Source: Macrostomum lignano (Eukaryota). Taken from it: 64,000 nt of DNA. Each line of letters opens with the position of its first letter. The first letter of the stretch is position 1. Positions 62,460 to 64,000 of this stretch are shown here, piece by piece. The DNA is taken from positions 1 through 64,000 of the forward strand of contig NIVC01001486.1 in the NCBI GenBank assembly GCA_002269645.1. Direction: 5' to 3'. The notes below the pieces were generated by a model, which saw nothing but the letters and a program-made list of their open reading frames with translations, did not search any database and had not been told where the DNA came from. The position numbers and the translations under genes are program-made.

Positions 62460-63925
62460 GATGTCACTCTCATCACTAATATGCACTTCAGGTGTCACTC
62501 TTATCACTCACAGGCACTCCAGATGTCCTTCTCACCACTCACAGGCACTCAAGTTGTCACTCTCACCACTCACAGGCACTCCAAATGTCACTCTCGTCAC
62601 TTATAGGCACTCCAGATGTCCTTCTCACCACTCACAGGCACTTCAGTTGTCACTCTCACCACTCACAGGCACTCCAGATGTCACTCTCACCACTCACAGG
62701 CACTCCAGATGTCCTTCTCGCCACTCACAGGCACTCCAGTTGTCACTCTCACCACTCACAGGCACTCCAGATGTCACTCTCACCACTCACAGGCACTCCA
62801 TGTAACTCTCACCACTCACAGGCACTCCAAATGTCACTCTCACCACTCACATGCACTCCAGATGTCACTCTCACCACTCACATGCACTCCAGATGTCCTT
62901 CTCGCCACTCACAGGCACTCCAGTTGTCACTCTCACCACTCACAGGCACTCCAGATGTCACTCTCACCACTCACATGCACTCCAGATGTCACTCTCACCA
63001 CTCACAGGCACTCCAGATGTCACTCTCGTCACTCACAGGCACTCCAGATGTCATTCTCACCTCTCAAGGCACTCCAGTTGTCACACCACTCACAGGCACT
63101 CCAGATGTCACCCTCACCACTCACAGGCACTCCATGTAACTCTCACCACTCACAGGCACTCCAGATGTCACTCTCATAACTCACATGCACTCCAGATGTC
63201 CTTCTCACCACTCACAGGCACTCCAGTTGTCACTCTCACCACTCACATGCACTCCAGATGTCCTTCTCACCACTCACAGGCACTCCAGTTGTCACTCTCA
63301 CCACTCACAGGCACTCCAGATGTCACTCTCACCACTCACAGGCACTCCATGTAACTCTCACCACTCACAGGCACTCCAAATGTCACTCTCGTCACTTATA
63401 GGCACTCCAGTTGTCACACCACTCACAGGCACTCCAGATGTCACTCTCACCACTCACAGGCACTCCAAATGTCACTCTCACCACTCACATGCACTCCAGA
63501 TGTCACTCTCACCACTCACAGGCACTCCAGATGTCACTCTCATAACTCACATGCACTCCAGATGTCACTCTCATCACCCACAGGCACTCCAAATGTCACT
63601 CTCGTCACTTATAGGCACTCCAGATGTCACTCTCACCACTCACAGGCACTCCATGTAACTCTCACCACTCACAGGCACTCCATGTAACTCTCACCACTCA
63701 CAGGCACTCCAGATGTCACTCTCGTCACTCACAGGCACTCCAAATGTCACTCTCATAACTCACATGCACTCCAGATGTCACTCTCACCACTCACAGGCAC
63801 TCCATGTAACTCTCTCACCACTCACAGGCACTCCAGATGTCATTCTCACCTCTCAAGGCACTCCAGTTGTCACACCACTCACAGGCACTCCAGATGTCAC
63901 TCTCATCACTCACAGCACTCTCACT
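62460..63925 (+). repeat. 31-bp minisatellite, about 47 copies
   Basis: Same family as 54686-55635, with CACCAC/TCCTT/AGTT variants. Confidence 0.95.
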
Positions 63926-64000
63926 CATCACTTTTTTAATCACTTCTCAAAAGTGTCAAAATCAACATCGCAGGCCGCAATTTTGAGTTGAATTCTACTT

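Overview
Repeat-rich animal genomic DNA with spliceosomal introns, tRNA-derived SINEs and micro/minisatellites. The species cannot be determined from sequence alone. There are three zones. (1) 1-12550 is the right-hand part of a Polinton/adintovirus-like element: packaging ATPase, adenain-like protease, protein-primed PolB, adenovirus pX-like ORF, retroviral-type integrase, parvovirus-type PLA2, penton-like fragment and a structured terminus. It appears to have integrated into the middle of a host lectin exon. (2) About 12.5-43.1 kb is a cluster of eight paralogous two-exon genes for small secreted WSC + PAN/Apple proteins (5 apparently intact, 3 broken). They have clustered variable residues and a 28-bp 3'-UTR minisatellite that grows out of their own last codons and stop codon. 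One intron holds a foldback-like TIR element carrying remnants of a PHIS/ISL2EU-like DDE transposase followed directly by a USP (C19) deubiquitinase domain, which is the most unusual item found. (3) About 43.8-64 kb is a decayed DD34D mariner interrupted by a LINE 3' end, then a higher-order mosaic that repeats mariner ends, a PHD-finger module and related 30/31/41-bp minisatellites. All homology calls come from reading motifs by eye; no searches were run. Boundaries of repeats and degenerate elements are approximate.
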